64,000 nucleotides of DNA, taken from Eledone cirrhosa (taxonomy: Eukaryota). Shown piece after piece: positions 60,701 to 64,000 of this stretch (within the stretch, counting starts at the first letter, position 1; every line of letters begins with the position of its first letter). The position numbers were made by a program, and so were the translations under genes. The notes under the pieces were generated by a model. That model worked only from the letters and a program-made list of their open reading frames with translations, did no database searches and was not told where the DNA came from. The stretch lies in assembly GCA_964016885.1 (NCBI GenBank), contig OZ024745.1, forward strand, positions 84,630,001-84,694,000, in the 5' to 3' direction.

Positions 60701-63700
60701 TCTTTCATATAATTGTTCTGCATCCCCTTGCATACAACCACAAAGATACTGAGACAAAACATATATATTTGCTAGCATATGTATGCATCTGTATACATAT
60801 GTTGGTAGATATACTAATTCTTTATATTTATCTCCAAATTATTTGTTGAGAAAAACTTGCTGAAATTACTACTATGGTTCATGGTAGTAGTTAGGCTCTT
60901 GTCTTATTAGCACTCCACTCCCCACTGTTTAACCTCAGTTTCACGTGATTGATTCTTTTGAATTTGCCACTGACCAGGTACGCAGTGAATTTTTTCAATG
61001 TCCTAGAATTTAGTCCCCGCTCGCTTTTTTCCATCCACTGAATTATTTTTATATAAGTTCCCTGTGTCCACGCATTGCCTGAGTGCTTAGCTGAGAATAG
61101 ACTCCCCGATGACGTAAGGATTCTCTATGGGTACGTTACGTAACCATATTAATTCCCTTACTGAAACTAATTAATTGGCTTGAAATATAAGTAAGTTAAT
61201 TTTCATAATTTTCTTATTTTACGTCTTTCATATAATTGTTCTGCATCCCCTTGCATAGAACCACAAAGTTACTAAGCCAATACATATATATTTGCTAGCA
61301 TATGTATGCATCCGTATACATATGTTGGCAGATATACTAATTCTTTATATTTATCTCCAAATTATTTGTTGAGAAAAACTTGCCGAAATTACTACTATGG
61401 TTCATGGTAGTAGTTAGGCTCTTGTCTTATTAGCACTCCACTCTCACTGATTAACCTCAGTTTCACGTGATTGATTCTTTTGAATTTGCCACTGACCAAG
61501 TAGGCAGTGAATTTCTTCAATGTCCTAGAATTTAGTCCCCGCTCGCTTTTTTCCAACCACTGAATTATTTTTATATAAGTTCCCTGTGTCCACGCATTGC
61601 CTGAGTGCTTAGCTGAGAATAGACTTCCTAATGACGTAAGGATTCTCTATGGGTACGTTACGTAAACATATTTATTCCCTTACAGAAACTAATTAGTGGG
61701 AGTGAAATATTAGTAAGTAAGTTAATTTTCATAATTTTCTTATTTTACATCTTTCATATAATTGTTCTGCATCGCCTTGCATAGAAACTCAAAGTTACTA
61801 AGACAAAACATATATATTTGCTAGCATATGTATGCATCCGTATTCATATGTTGGCAGATATACTAATTCTTTATGTTTATCTCCAAATTGTTTGTTGAGA
61901 AAAACTTGCCGAAATTACTACTATGGTTCATGGTAGTAGTTAGGCTCTTGTCTTAGTAGCACTCCACTCTCACTGATTAACCTCAGTGTCACGTGATTGA
62001 TTCTTTTGAATTTGCCACTGACCAAGTAGGCAGTGAATTTTTTCAATGTCCTGGAATTTAGTCCCTGCTCGCTTTTTTCCATCCACTGAATTATTTTTAT
62101 AGAAGTTCCCTGTGTCCACTCATTGCCTGAGTGCTTAGCTGAGAATAGAATCCCCGATGACGTAAGGATTCTCTATGGGTACGTTACGTAACCATATTAA
62201 TTCCCTTACAGAAAATAATTAATTGGCTTGAAATATAAGTAAGTAAATTTTCATAATTTTCTTATTTTACGGCTTTCATATAATTGTTCTGCATCCCATT
62301 GCATAGAACCTCAAAGTTACTAAGACAAAACATATATATTTGCTAGCATATGTATACATCCGTATACATATGTTGGCAGATATACTAATTCTTTATAATT
62401 ATCTCCAAATTATTTGTTGAGAAAAACTTGCCGAAATTACTACTATGGTTCATGGTAGTAGTTAGGCTCTTGTCTTATTAGCACCCCACTCTCACTGATT
62501 AACCTCAGTGTCACGTGATTGATTCTTTTGAATTTGCCACTGACCAAGTAGGCAGTGAATTTTTTCAATGTCCTGGAATTTAGTCCCCGCTCGCTTTTTT
62601 CAATCCACTGAATTATTTTTATATAAGTTCCCTGTGTCCACGCATTGCCTGAGTGCTTAGCTGAGAATAGACTCCCCAATGACGTAAGGATTCTCTATGG
62701 GTACGTTACGTAACCATATTAATTCCCTTACAGAAACTAATTAATTGGCTTGAAATATAAGTAAGTAAATTTTCATAATTTTCTTATTTTACGGCTTTCA
62801 TATAATTGTTCTGCATCCCATTGCATAGAACCTCAAAGTTACTAAGACAAAACATATATATTTGCTAGCATATGTATGCATCCGTATACATATGTTGGTA
62901 GATATACTAATTCTTTATATTTATCTCCAAATTATTTGTTGAGAAAAACTTGCCGAAATTACTACTATGGTTCATGGTAGTAGTTAGGCTCTTGTCTTAT
63001 TAGCACTCCACTCCCCACTGTTTAACCTCAGTTTCACGTGATTGATTCTTTTGAATTTGCCACTGACCAGGTACGCAGTGAATTTTTTCAATGTCCTAGA
63101 ATTTAATCCCCGCTCGCTTTTTTCCATCCACTGAATTATTTTTATATAAGTTCCCTGTGTCCACGCATTGCCTGAGTGCTTAGCTGAAAATAGACTTCCT
63201 GATGACGTAAGGATTCTCTATGGGTACGTTACGTAACCATATTTATTCCCTTACAGACACTAATTAGTTGGAGTGAAATATTAGTAATAAGTTAATTTTC
63301 ATAATTTTCTTATTTTACGTCTTTCATATAATTGTTCTGCATCCCATTGCATAGAACCACAAAGTTACTAAGACAAAACATATATATTTGCTAGCATAGG
63401 TATGCATCTGTATACATATGTTGGTAGATATACTAATTCTTTATATATTTATCTCCAAATTATTTCTTGAGCAAAACTTGCCGAAATTACTACTATGGTT
63501 GATGGTGGTAGTTAGGGTCTTGTCTTATTAGCACTCCACTCCTCACAGATTAACCTCAGTGTCACGTGATTGATTCTTTTGAATTTGCCACTGACCAAGT
63601 AGGCAGTGAATTTTTTCAATGTCCTAGAATTTAGTCCCCGCTCACTTTTTTCCATCCACTGAATTATTTTCATATAAGTTCCCTGTGTCCACGCATTGCC

Positions 63701-64000
63701 TGAGTGCTTAGCTGAGAATAGACTCCCCGATGACGTAAGGATTCTCTATGGGTACGTTACGTAACCATATTAATTCCCTTACAGAAACTAATTATTTGGA
63801 GTGAAATACAAGTAAGTAAGTTAATCTTCATAATTTTCTTATTTTAAGTCTTTCATATAATTGTTCTGCATCCCATTGCATAGAACCACAAAGTTACTAA
63901 GACAAAACATATATATTTGCTAGCATAGGTATGCATCTGTATACATATGTTGGTAGTTATACTAATTCTTTATATTTTTATCTCCAAATTATTTGTTGAG
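15775..64000 (+). repeat. Tandem satellite array, ~525-bp monomer, about 90 copies, each with a hammerhead ribozyme motif (retrozyme-like)
   Basis: The CTGATGA core recurs at 15904, 16431, 16954, 17483, 18009 ... 63727 (spacing 523-529 where measured). All copies are head-to-tail, and the array continues past the window end. Confidence 0.98.
16411..16520 (+). ncRNA. Representative satellite type I hammerhead ribozyme (repeated in every monomer); predicted cleavage after 16501
   Basis: Stem I ACTCC(16426-30)/GGAGT(16502-06); core CTGATGA(16431-37); stem II GTAAGG/CCTTAC with distal TATGG/CCATA (consensus) and TACG/CGTA; GAAA(16488-91); palindromic stem III ACTAATTAGT; triplet GUU; stem I extends via CTTA-G-CTGAGA/TTTTAG-TAAG. 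Confidence 0.85.

Noticed and set aside
51951-62679. Short minus-strand ORFs (63-78 aa) in satellite monomers
   Set aside because: Present only in a few copies where point mutations create a start or open the frame; no recognisable domain.
15775-64000. Array as CRISPR, or as a 5S/snRNA/tRNA/histone gene cluster
   Set aside because: No unique spacers, and I see no recognisable 5S, U-snRNA, tRNA cloverleaf or coding sequence in the unit.

Overview
Repeat-only eukaryotic DNA with no intact host gene. The (TA)n/(TATG)n content and SINE/LINE motifs suggest a cephalopod such as octopus (inference). Bases 1-15.7 kb are microsatellites interleaved with retroelement debris: a CR1-group LINE 3' end, three Penelope-like element (PLE) GIY-YIG endonuclease fragments, a tRNA-type SINE piece, several foldbacks, a 200-N gap and six different PLE-type minimal hammerhead ribozyme (HHR) motifs. 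Bases 15775-64000 are a head-to-tail array of a ~525-bp monomer (about 90 copies, running off the window). Each monomer carries a type I hammerhead fold on the + strand: ACTCC-CTGATGA-stem II-GAAA-CTAATTAG-TT^GGAGT, with a palindromic stem III. The array therefore looks like a ribozyme-bearing satellite or non-LTR retrozyme that has also developed 7-mer and 6-mer higher-order repeats. All structures were folded by eye and no activity is demonstrated.
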